This document shows, in pieces, positions 14,101 through 26,300 of a stretch of DNA of 64,000 nucleotides; within the stretch, counting starts at the first letter, position 1, and each line of letters begins with the position of its first letter. The stretch is taken from positions 138,709 to 202,708 of the forward strand of contig JAQGDQ010000420.1 of assembly GCA_030141605.1 (NCBI GenBank), given 5' to 3'. The notes beneath the pieces are model-generated. The model was given only the letters and a program-made list of their open reading frames with translations. It was not told the DNA's origin and did not search any database. Both the position numbers and the translations under genes were made by a program. This DNA comes from Tubiluchus corallicola. Its lineage: Eukaryota > Animalia > Priapulida.

Positions 14101-17100
14101 TCAAACTATTTTAGACTAACTTTGGTAGTTATACGATTATGTTGTTTTTTAAATTACCTTATGTGATTCAATAAATTTTTTTGTAATAATATAATTTTTT
14201 TTAATTTTTACTACTGTTCATTTGGTTGTGTGAAACACTGTAAATAGAAATGGTAGTCATTGAAATGATTTTCATTATTCTACAGGTTTTAGTGAGATTG
14301 TTTGATCCTCTGCATTTGAAATGACAAAGTTTTGCCTCTAGTGAAACTTGGGTCGTTGTCTAATCTTTATACCTAATGACTGATTTTAGCATTTTTCAGA
14401 ATGATAGTTTGTTTGTGTATGAGAATGAAATCTATGAGATTGCTCTGTCTATTCTTTGCACTTTCCGTTTTCTCCCATTCTGTGTGCTAATTCTCAGGGT
14501 TTGTTGTTTTTTTCAGGCAATGATATAGATAACATAAGCAAAGACTATCTAAACTTGACCGGAGAACAAGTTGTAGACGCTGAAGTACCGTTGCTGTTCA
14601 TATCGTTTCCTTCTGCCAGAGATGCTACATATGAACAACGTTTTCCAGGTAAAAACATTGTGAAAAAGGTACAACGGGATAAATTTAGAAGTAGATGAAG
14701 ATAAATAAACCAATTCGAGTAGAACTGTTTTTGTATCTCAGTTCTGTATTTATGTAAGGGGTGTTTTCGATGGTGGCGAGTACTATGTCTATGACAGTGG
14801 TTCCCAACCGGGGGGTACGCAACAGCAATGCCAGGGGTACGCAGAAGGTGTGTCAGATCGACACATTTTTTTCTTTCTGTAGCCGGTGAAAAGGGTAAAA
14901 TACACCAAGTTGTTGCATCGCGATATAGATGAAGTTCAAGACCACGTCACTAGAGAAGTTCTGGACACAGCTAGGTGCAGACTTCAATGGACTGAAAATT
15001 GCGGCTTTCGAGCTGTTGGTTCCATTTGTGACAACATACAAATGTGAACTAGGCTTCAGTGCAATGCTACATTTGAAGACGTAGGCAAGAAACCGTTTGG
15101 ATTTGAGGAGCGACATGCGAGTCGCAATATCAACAATTAAACCTGATATCAAAAAACTTGTTGATAATCATCAAGAACAGCGTGATCATTAATTATGACT
15201 GCTGTGAAGATCGCGTTTCCTTGTATTGATGTTTTCATATTTGAGAAAGTTGTTCAAATTGCGTATTTCTTAATAATCAGTGATAAAATTCATGTTTTCA
15301 AAAAAAGTTAAAATAAAAAAATGTCGATAATATTAATCGTTGTTTTCTGGAAACTGGTTTTTCAAACGATTTGTTGAAAAATATCAGGTGGGGGTACGCT
15401 GAAGATCGCCACATTTAGAAGGGGTACTTGGCAAGGAAAAGGTTGGGAACCACTGATCTATGAGTATACGTATCTGGCAGTAGAGTGTGGATTACACTAT
15501 TAGGATTTTGAATTGATAAGAACAATACCAAACATTGTTATACAGCCCAGCAGAAAGGTTGAGCGTGTGATAAGCTTCTATGCTCGGGGAATTTTTCTCA
15601 CACAACATCTGTCAAATCATGTCAGTGATTAGATTTAGTTTCGATTAAAGAACCAGAAATAAGAAAAAGGATCAAGATGTGTTATTGTGTATCGATTTTA
15701 GCTGTCTAGTTGGCCGAGTGCATTACATTCAAGTGGTATTTGCTTTTTTGTACATGTAGACAGAGTTGTTGATATTTCTTGTGAAAAAAGAGAGGTCCAC
15801 AATTTAGTAGCTATGGGCCAGTTCTGGCTTTATTACGGCTCATTCTGGTAATACTGGCATAAAGGCAAACCTTAATTGGGCCAGTGATGGCATGCCACTT
15901 CCTAGCCATGCTTTAACAATTATGTTTTTCTTTCAAAGTATTTTTTTATGTTTTTCTTATCAATTATATCATATCTACTGTTTGAATAAACATTTTTGCA
16001 TTATTATATTTCGTTTAAGTAATACTTTAGTGTTCATTTGGTACTTGAGAACGGATTATTTGCTTTTACATTATTTCTTATGAGAATAAATGATTCGGTA
16101 CTCAACCATATCGGTTTTCAAACACCTTTGAGGAACGAATTATGGCGTTAAACAGTGGTACTACTGTAGTTGTCAAAAAACCTACTTGTACTCCGCCATT
16201 ACTAAGCAACCATTGTGAACAAGTAATGTCAAGTCTGTGCTTTTCCGAGCAAAATCATTCTAAGTATCTCGGTTGAATAATTTTAAAGATGATTTCTCTT
16301 AAAGGAGAAGAATTTTAAAGTACGTCGCAAAAAATTTTTGTAAATTTCTTAGCTTTACGCTTACCTGTTTTTAAAGACTTATGTAATTGGAAAGAGAATT
16401 CGTGTCACCGTGTAAAACGTCACTCCATCGTCATCTTAGTGTGCACAAACGATTCACCAAAAACACATTGTTGAGCTTATTGACAATGTACAGTTGTTTG
16501 TACTTTTGTTTAATTAGCAAAGAGTTTTATTTGTGTTAGGAATGCCCTCATTATTTTTCAAACTTTACTCAATGCCATCTAAATTTGTTTCAAATGACTT
16601 ATTGTTAAAATGGCCACGGTCGTCACCAGTGTTTAAATTACAAGTTTTATACAGTGTTGCTGCTAATGCAAGCCTCCTATGCAATAAGACAGCACGTAGG
16701 TGATATGAAATTTCAAGACGAATTTTTTAGGATTTATTTATGAAGAGTGTTTTCTTGTACTTTACGAACAATTCCATAATGTAATGAAATTAGTAACAAT
16801 GTTAAGGCATGACTAGTGTTTTTAAATGAGAAAACTTCTGAAAATATTGTTATTTTATCTTTAATTACTTGACTTTTTAGGCAAGTCAGTGTGCACAGTA
16901 GTGACTCTTGGTAACTGGAACTGGTTCTATCAGTGGAAAGACAATCGTGTGATGAAGCGAGGTGATGATTATGATGCTATAAAGAAAGCAATAGGCCACC
17001 ACATGTGGGAACAGACACTGAAAATTTTTCCGCAACTAGAAGACAAGGTCTGAAATGCTTTTTTTTATTGACAGTTAGCGTGGTTATTTAAGTACCTCTT

Positions 17101-19539
17101 GACCAATAAATGCACCTTATCTACTTTTCAGTTTTAATTTTCTTAGTCCTTAGAAAAGGTAGCATTAATTGACTTATCATATAGAAGTAAGGCCTTGTTG
17201 GCTGTGTGTCTACTTTACTTATGCTTGTGTTATAAAGTATATTTCAGTTGCCATTGTTATTATGTTTCTGTTGTCAGGTTCTTATTTCAGTTCAGGTTTA
17301 TTTCAGTTATTTTCAGTTTGATTTTTTGTATTATGCACTTATTATTACTGTGTATGAATTGTGCTAACACATTATAAGCCTATCAATTTAATCTCATTCG
17401 TAACAATTAAATTTTTATTATAAGCAGTACTAACACTAATACACTGTAGCATAGCGCTTATAAAAATGTTCACCACTAACCAAAGGGCAGCTGACTAGAT
17501 GACCAATTGGTCTTTCGCTGCCCTTTCTTCACATTTTTGTTTCCAAATTAATTGTATTATAACTGTGCGTGTGTTACAAGATAAATATTATTATTATTAT
17601 TATTATTATGTTCCAAAGTTTGTGCCAGCTACGGGCGACATTCTGTCATGCTTGGAGTGTACATGACATTAATTCATATGCTACTGGTGCAATAAAGTTG
17701 CATTTTGCCTAGATCTTTATTTTGCCTAAGTTTCTGATAATTATCATTATCAATGGGTAATCTACTATAAGTGTGTAAATACCATAACATAATATTTCCC
17801 TAAACTCACATTTACCGAACCTGAAACTACCTGAACCTTTACGCTTTCATCAAAGAATTTATTTGTGTTCAATTTCGCTAGGGTATAGTCCTTAAGGTAA
17901 ATGCAGATGGGCAACCATTTAGCAGAATTGGTACAAGAGATTTCTCAATGTAGTGAACACTTTTATTCTTTCTAAAAATGTTATCATCTTTCTCAGTCCG
18001 ATCACAAAAGTTCCTCAAAACATTCTCAGTAATTTCCTTACCAATATGAATACACACATTCAATATTATGCCCGATTACATGAAGCAAAAAATAAAAATA
18101 TTTTAGGAAAAGGTGTAGATATAAAACTGAAAATTTGGTTTTTATTTTTTATACTTTCTTTTCTTGCAATTTCTTTTTTTTCATGCATTTCAAGAGTTTA
18201 TTCATTTCCACACTACATCTTACAGTTGCAATACAGCTAGCATATACAGTTGCAATAGCACATTCACTAGGCTTTCAAATTACAATGCACAATAATTTTG
18301 ATGAAAAATTATTCATCATTGCCATATTCACTTGTCTATATATTTTTGCACATACACGTATGCACGTACATGTCTTACCATGCTTTCTTTCACTATGCTT
18401 TCATGAATTTTGGCAGTACTTTATATACAGTATTTTATATAGGTTGAGTACTTTGACATTGGTTCACCTCTGAGTAATAATTATTATTTGGGATCTATGA
18501 AAGGAGAAATCTATGGTGCTGATCACGATCTTGCCCGATTTTCTGATCCCGACGTCCTTATCAACTTGAGGCCAGATACAGACATACCGGGTCTGCTTTT
18601 GACTGGTAAGTAGCGGCAGCTGCGATATCTCGAAAAAAACTTTTAAAAATCAACTTGCTAAGTAGGGATTCTCAAACTGTTTCAGAAAACTTCTTACCTT
18701 GTCCGTTATGGAAAGGTGGGATGCTGTGACTGATGCTAAAACATTAGGCACCTATTTGCCCGCTAATGTTTGGCACAACACGTGTGCATGTAAGCTAACT
18801 TAATGTACATCTTTGAGTTTGTATATTGTCATCTTACTTGCCAGGCCCTGGGAGCGAAGTTGCTTCATAGAAAGGAGATATAACCTTTTCTTTAACGTAC
18901 TACAAGAGCTAAAGCAGTAAATTGTTATAATGCTATTAAACAGTTTAGGTAACTTTCAGCTGCTTCGATATAATTGAGATTTAGGTTACTCTGCTAAATT
19001 CATTTTAAAATTCCATGTTGCAATGATTTCGACCTAAAATTAGCAGAGCTGAGCATTGTTACGTTACGTTGTACACGTGAGGTGCAGCATTTGCACCATT
19101 ATAGCTCATGCTAATGGAAAAATCTTAATATCCATTCATGCTTTTATAATAATCTTAGCATATAAATAGCATCTGAAATAGCATACAATTTTAAAGAAGG
19201 AAATCATTGTGGTTTAGTGGTTTTTCACTGTAGTTACTTTCCACTTGAATATTGTTACTTTCCGCGTGTTAAAATAGCTCCATAATGAGGGGGTTATTAC
19301 AACTTTTGCATATTAGATTAAATTTATCCAGTTATTCGAAAAATTCCTTTGCAGTAAGTAACTATAAGTTGTGATGCATTTCAGGCCAAGATATTACCAG
19401 CTGTGGGTTTGCAGGAGCTCTTTCCGGAGCCGTGCTGTGCGTCTCAAAAGTTCTCAATCGAAACCTGTGGAACGATCTTGCCAAATTCAAAAATGAACTG
19501 TACAAAGGGAAAAGTGCATCTATGAAAAAGACCCAATAA
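2142..19539 (+). CDS. RETSAT: All-trans-retinol 13,14-reductase (retinol saturase)-like FAD oxidoreductase, 12 coding exons, ~634 aa
   Basis: Exons 2142-2358, 5280-5462, 6153-6262, 7187-7321, 8546-8747, 9888-10082, 11901-12020, 13512-13637, 14517-14648, 16881-17047, 18443-18605, 19385-19539. All introns are GT-AG with compatible phases; total 1905 nt. Motifs: hydrophobic N-terminus, RPPKPLVID, Rossmann [61 protein letters not shown]; ends KKTQ. Confidence 0.93.
3523..4053. mobile_element. Tc1/mariner (Tigger-like) MITE
   Basis: TA flanks; TIRs CATTCATACCTCTGTTTTCGA / TCGAAAACGGAGGTATCACTG. An inverted partial copy of its left end lies at ~16084-16166. Confidence 0.75.
4405..4920. repeat. Degenerate 7-bp tandem repeat (ATCCAGY)n
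   Basis: Directly visible; partial copies at ~3946-3995 and ~5486-5662. Confidence 0.9.
7677..8461. mobile_element. piggyBac-type MITE with internal long palindrome
   Basis: TTAA-CCCTTTC...GAAAGGG-TTAA. Internal arms ~7810-7930 and ~8025-8200 are inverted copies, including (CA)n/(TG)n. Confidence 0.7.
8809..9224. mobile_element. Non-autonomous DNA transposon (CAGGG...CCCTG ends, GGAAAAGTCAGGG subrepeats)
   Basis: Terminal inverted motifs; a homologous partial copy lies at ~48685-49005. Confidence 0.65.
10143..10465. mobile_element. hAT-type MITE
   Basis: TIRs CAGTGGTTCTCAA / TTGGAAACCACTG; degenerate 8-bp flanks CTATGCAG / CCATACAG. Confidence 0.7.
10913..11350 (-). mobile_element. LINE 3' UTR remnant (related copy at ~6690-7000)
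   Basis: Microsatellite tail (GTAA)n next to TTTATTTGTCTCT, and a GAGACGGG..GAAAGACCA..GGTCA stem-loop region shared by both copies. Confidence 0.55.
12240..12908. repeat. 26-bp minisatellite, ~26 copies
   Basis: Unit ACGTACTTAGAAAATTACGTACTATG. Confidence 0.97.
14795..15455 (+). mobile_element. Non-autonomous hAT (Buster/Charlie) deletion derivative
   Basis: TIR CAGTGGTTCCCAACC. 8-bp TSD GTCTATGA/ATCTATGA with central TA. Retains the transposase C-terminus [29 protein letters not shown]. Confidence 0.9.
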
Positions 19540-20318
19540 GTAGTTAAGCAGTAAATACTAAGAGCGCGATAGAATCAGGGCAGGTACACAACAAAACGTT
19601 TGTTATACGTTACCGAAGTGGTTGATTTATTTTAAAACTTGCATTATCTAATCATTTCAAAATTTGGTCAGTAAATTGTTGTTACATGGGGTCGTATTTT
19701 GAAATGCAATTATTAACATGAAAGTGGGAGTTCATTTTTTTTGTATCGCTTAGTTCATTAAACCGGTGACATTTATTTCTTTAAATCTTTTCCTTTTAGT
19801 AAGTATTTTTAGATTGATGGATAGTGACTGATAATTAAATCTTGTACCTACCAATGTAATTACACGCTTTTTGCAAATTATAAGTTTGCCTTTGCTTAGG
19901 TTGTTGTTAAAGTGCACTAGTAACAAGTTTATTAGCCTTTGACTACAAGATGTTGAGTAAACTTTGAAACAGACTTGAAGTTAGTCTACAATTTGGTTTC
20001 ATAGAGTAATATCGTTGCTGCTGTTGTAATGTGCGGCATTGTTAAAAATTCATCGTTGAATATTTTCATATTTAAGCAATTTATTTTTATGCTTTCTAAG
20101 TTTCTTTATTAAAATGTTGCACTATTTTAATTAAATAAAACATAACATTTAAATAAAACATTTGATTTGAGCGTTTTCATAAAAAAGTAAACAATGTTAA
20201 ATGTTAACATGGGAAAGATAAAATTCAGTACAAGAAAACAAAAATTCATCTTCACAATTCTAGTTTTTAGTTAAATGTCTAGGTATTAATATTTAATAAA
20301 CACAATTACAAACAATTA

Positions 20319-23300
20319 TCAGCAAAGCCATGACTTTCTCAAAATGGTGTCATCTCTGATTGTCTCAAATCCGCGTGCGATTTTGAAAATGGTGGCTTCG
20401 TCAAAGTGTTTTCCAGTTATCATGACACCAATGGGGAGATGATCTTCTTTTGAGAAGCCAGCATTGATGGAGAGAGCTGGATGTCCAGTAAAGTTAAATG
20501 GTGTTGTGTTTTTAAGCCCTGCTGTCGTGATTCTTACATACTCTGAAAATTAAAAGAAACTTAACCCTTTCATACCCGTTGTATCCCATGGGATACAAGA
20601 ATATTTTCTGCCTTTAAAATTAATAAAATTTTAAAATTGACAGTTATTTGATCTGTTAATAGTTTTTTTTTAAGCCAATAACAATAGACTAAAAATAGTG
20701 ATAAAATGGCAAACTAAAAAATCTACGTAGCATAAAAATTGTGCAAGGTACAGTACTTTAGAGATGACTTTGTACAGATCAGCATAGCATGCATACTAAA
20801 TGTCTTAAATACTTAAAAAATTATCAGCAGTCGCAAAATGAAGCACATTTTTTGCTTTTGCTATGTTTTTAAAAAGTCGGACTTTGTTTTTTTGCATGTG
20901 ACGAATGTTGTGTATCCCACAGAATACATTGGGAACAAAAGTACCAAGCCAAAAAAATTTTTCTTATTAAAAAAATAATTTGGGACTGAAAGGGTTAATT
21001 ATGTTGTTTTACTTGCCATTCACTGTACAATTGGAAAGCACAATTTTCTAACATATTTCTGACATTGACATTTATTGTAACGTTCTCTGTTAAAGATTAA
21101 TAATTCATCTTTACTGTATACAGACATTTCACTGTGCACTGATTTAGTTTTTGAAACTAAATATAAAGATGTTAACAATAATGATACATTTTGATAATTA
21201 TTGTGTCAGTAATTATTACTGTAATTATCGTATTCATGTTATTCAAGGTATATCACTGCCGTATCGAATTTGGTGCTTATTTATAAATCCATTCACTTTA
21301 TGCATTGGAATTAAGCAAAAAAATTTAAAGTCATTTATTTGTAAGGTTGTTTGAAAAATTTTGTATTTTCTTCCAGCAATAGCGGCTGTCTTCAGTCAGT
21401 ATAATAGCACACGGATGCCAAGTGTGGTATTTTTAGAGGTACTCTCCTAGTTTTGCACAGGCAATGCAGCATACATATAAACACACGTAGTAATAAATCT
21501 ATATGCGTGATATATTTATCTGTCGCAGGTCACATATTACTAAAGAAAGAAGAAAATTTTGTCATTTATACGTTTCATCCAGAAATAATCTACAAGAACA
21601 CGTTGCGTTATCCTGAGGCACCTTGCATAGTAACTAACTACATGTTCAATATTGCATTTATTGTTCGAAATAATTTATTGTGTTGTACTGTGTAGCTTAA
21701 AAACCAGATTATCAATATCATATTGTTAGGAAAAAGTATTGTACCATTATTATTTAGCCAGATTTGTATCATTTAACATCCCTAACAGTGGTGACTAGTG
21801 TATAAGTACTGTGGAACTGCAATACCATCTATTTTCACTCCATATTCTCGATAATATTCAATATAAGTCTTTTTTCTTTAGTTCTTTCTTTATACTTGTA
21901 TGGAACCAAAGCACGTGAGGTTAGTACTGTTTGCTTCACAGCCCAGCACAGTGCGCTCCAGCAACGTGGTGTTGAGCTCAGGTAGAGAAAGTACTGTCGC
22001 TCACACAGTTTCTTGTCAGTTATCACATGCTTACCGTGAATAGATCAAGCTCGGACTGCGACAATTTAGGTTATTAGTACAGTTTACGTATAAGCTTTTG
22101 TATGTTTGTTTATTTAAAATTACAATTACAAATTACAACATTAAAATTACATATGTTTGATCTGTTTTACACAGTATTTAAACAATGGCTAAAAATTTTC
22201 TTAATCAGCACCCCAGTAATTTTAGCTACGAGCTGCCACTGATCCCTAACATTATACACTTGTTGTTTTATATACAGACAACAAGCAGAAATCATAAACT
22301 GACAAGGCAACAATGTAAATGGTACCTGTGATAGAAACATCTTCAGTTGGTATCTTCGGCGGCAAGTGATTAACCGTTGGCATGACGATGACATCATACT
22401 TCTCCAGCACTTCATCGTACTTCTTTGTTATTTCATTCATAATGTTCTTTCCCTTGCAGTAGAAGTGAAGTCCAAACTCTTCACGCACATACGCTGATGC
22501 TAACAGTGGAAACTTGGCAGTATGGGACAAGTATCCGGCATTTGTTTTAAATCCTTTGTGAAAAGCACCGTCCAGTGAAGAGGCGTTATACGACCTAAAT
22601 CCAACACTAGTTGCTGAAAAGAGAAATTTTTTGCATTTGAATCAAGAGTCTGTTAACTAGAGTGTTTATTTATATAGTTCCTCTGAAGTGGTGAGAGAAA
22701 TAGGTATAAATTAAAAAATACAAATTTGTACCTTGTAACCTGAACATTGCTTCACCTTCGCCATGCTGTAGTAAAGACACACAAAGTTCAGCAGCTAAAA
22801 AGAAAAGATAAGTACAGAATGAGACTACGGCAAGCAGACCCTACATATCACTACTAAGTTGACAGCAGTAAATACATATAAAAATTTCCCTTTGAGTAGA
22901 ACATGTCTTGAGCACGTACCATGTGACAGTATGCAAAGCGCAGCACGTCTCTGAAGGTTTCTGAATTGGCCATGTGAGCAGTCAATATTCAGCACCGTAG
23001 TTGCGCACATCAATTGGACGCAGTACAAACTTGAGAAAGGATTTCACATCTTTGATTTTTTTCAAATCTGTTGCACATTTTGTGTGTATTGTGCATCACC
23101 TGTTGCTTGTAATTTGCAAAACAAATCTATCGTTATTTTGACATCAGAATAATAAATGCATATAAAGTGTAAACTGTATACAGTTGGGGCTAGGGAACAG
23201 GTAAATGTCTGGGTGCATGCTTGGTCACTATGGTTACACTGTGTTTAGCCTGGATACTAGTAAACAGATGGTTCTAGGTGATTAAATTTGACCTATACAT

Positions 23301-26300
23301 GGCATACAGCCTCTGGTTATTTCTCTCATTAAGAAAAAAGACATGTACATTCAAACTGCACTATTTCACATTTGGATTCTTCATAATGAGCTACGTTCAG
23401 GACCTACCACAACCCACCTACATCAGGTCCAGTTATTAAGTACGGATTTCAGCTCAGGGTGAGTTGAACATTATACAAAAATAATTACTAATGCATTCTG
23501 ATTACCATCAGCATGTTGAGGGACAGAAATCCTATCAACAGTGGCGCCACCAATTTTTGTTGCCATGACAGCATGAACCACTACTTGTTCAACTTCTTTA
23601 TTGGCGTTTATGAAGCCTTCATCCACGATTCCAATCTTTACGCCTTTTAATAATTTCCCTATACCACCTGTAAGCTAAAATTGTTAAGGAAACTATTCAA
23701 ATAAATAATTTTACAGCATGTTAAAATTGCATATATTTATTAGGAAGTTTTGCATTACTCTACAGCTAAGTTTAGTGTACACATACTTCTTTCATTTGTA
23801 TTGCCACTAATTTTCTATTTGAAATGAAAAGCCTGTATATATAGTAGAAAAACAAAAGGAAAGGCTTGATCTTTTTCAATGTTAAATGTAACTACGAAAA
23901 ACTATCATTCAAAGCAGCTGCCCTGCAGCCCATGAATAGGGCATTTCAATTATCATATTATGGTATTATTTGTGCAAACTTCTAAATTTCCAAACCAATG
24001 AATATTTACCCGAATATTTACCAGAAAAATGTATTTGCAACTTACTTGCTCAGTATAGCTTGGGACTTTCACACCTTTGCGCATTCTACCATCAAGTGGA
24101 TCATACCCCGCTATCACTTCCAACAACAAAGCACAGTCCTGGACACTCTGTGCCATTGGTCCAACATAGTCCAAGTCATATAATATACTAGCTGCACCAG
24201 TATATGGCACAAGTCCAAATGTAGGCTTCAGTCCTATACAGCCACTACAGCATGCTGGACAACGAATTGAACCGCCCTGGTCAGTGCCAATGGCCAAGTC
24301 TACCTCACCTCCATAAAGCTGCAAACAAAGCAACCAATTAACAGTTCAAAAAACAATTTTGAACAAGCATATGACACTGCTATAAAGTTTCATTTAATAA
24401 TAAAAAACGGAAAAAAAGAATTGCAATATGAATAAGAAAACATTATAATATGTAAGAATAAAGATACAAAACAGGGTAATTACCAGATTAGATTAGATTA
24501 GACAGTTTAATTTTCACAACACATCACTTATTTTCAAAATGTAAAAAATCTTAATCCACAATATTCAAAAGTAATGAATGCTGTGGCGAGAAGAGAGGAG
24601 CCTAGCTTTTGAGGTCTTCACCCATATTCACAGAACAAACATGTACTACAACACACACACGCTACCTTGATTAGAAATAAACAGCACATATGCTGTTATT
24701 CTGTAAATTTGCTTTACTAAAACGCCATTCTGTGAAATCAGTGAAGCAGCAATTTATTAATTAACATACATACGAGCGCAGCAGATCCAGAGCTTGATCC
24801 TCCTGCTACATGTTTCTCATTATAAGGATTCCTCACAGGTCCTGTACAAGAGGTAACGCTGCTTCCACTGAGGCATAGATTCTCACATGATGACTTCCCT
24901 ACAATTCGTCCTCCTGAAGCGAAAAAGCTAGATTTTATTACATAATTCAGCACACTGAAATCCAGCCATTTGCATGGGCTATTTAATATGGATGGTTGTG
25001 GCAGGACTGGTATCAAGTTTATCATCAAGGAAAACAATTCAAGATTAGCCACTTAACCACCAGAGGTCTCACCAAGGTTTGTATGTGAACATATATTTTT
25101 TCAATAAGGTAAAGAGCCAGAATTGGTATGGTAAGTGACACCCTCAAAACAAGTATTAACCCAAGGGGTCATCCATCTGTTCAATCACTAGCCTCAGTGT
25201 TGATTAAATTTGGTCGCTCAGCATGCACCGACGGTGACTGCTTCACTGTATCATTCACTTGTAAAAACATCTACAAAAACTATAAAATTATTTTGAGCAA
25301 TAAGATGCCACGTGAGCAAAAAGTGAATTGGCTGTGACATACCATAAGGAATTTTTTATTCGCTATTGTTTGCAGCAAAGAAAAGACAATGAAACTAAAA
25401 ATATTTCTAGAATAAATACATTTTTTAAAATGCCATAGAACTCACAGAAATCATGGTACACACTATAAAGATAGTTCAGTCAGTTATTGATCTATAAAGA
25501 TAGTTCAGTCAGTTATTGATCTATAAAGATGGTTCAGTCAGTTATTGATCTATAAAGACAGTTCAGTCAGTTATTGATCTATAAAGATAGTTCAGTCAGT
25601 TATTGATCTATAAAGATAGTTCAGTCAGTTATTGATCTATAAAGATAGTTCAGTCAGTTATTGATCTATAAAGATAGTTCAGTCAGTTATTGATCTATAA
25701 AGATAGTTCAGTCAGTTATTGATCTATAAAGATAGTTCAGTCAGTTATTGATCTATAAAGACAGTTCAGTCAGTTATTGATCTATAAAGATAGTTCAGTC
25801 AGTCATTGATCTATAAAGATAGTTCACTCAGTTATTGATCTATAAAGATAGTTCTGTCAGTTATTGATCTATAAAGACAGTTCAGTCAGTTATTGATCTA
25901 TAACGATATTTCACTCAATTATTCATCTATAAAGATAGTTCACTCAGTTATTGATCTGTAAAGATAGTTCAGTCAGTTATTGATCTAGCACACTGAAGCT
26001 TTAAGATTCGAGTTCATTGTAGCCAATAAATTTTCAAATTTAAGTGTATACATGAATATATTTATCAGTACAGTCAAAAACCTCCTAATAATGCCCCCTT
26101 TATTATAATGCCAACCTCGCTTAATGCCCACATTTTTGGCAAAACAAAATGCCTATATTGACATAGACAAGTACGTATTAATGCACCTCATTATAATGTG
26201 CCCCCTTTATTGTATTGACAACCTCGCTTAATGCCCACATTTTTGGCAAAACAAAATGTCTATATTGACATAGACAAGTATGTATTAATGCACCTCATTA

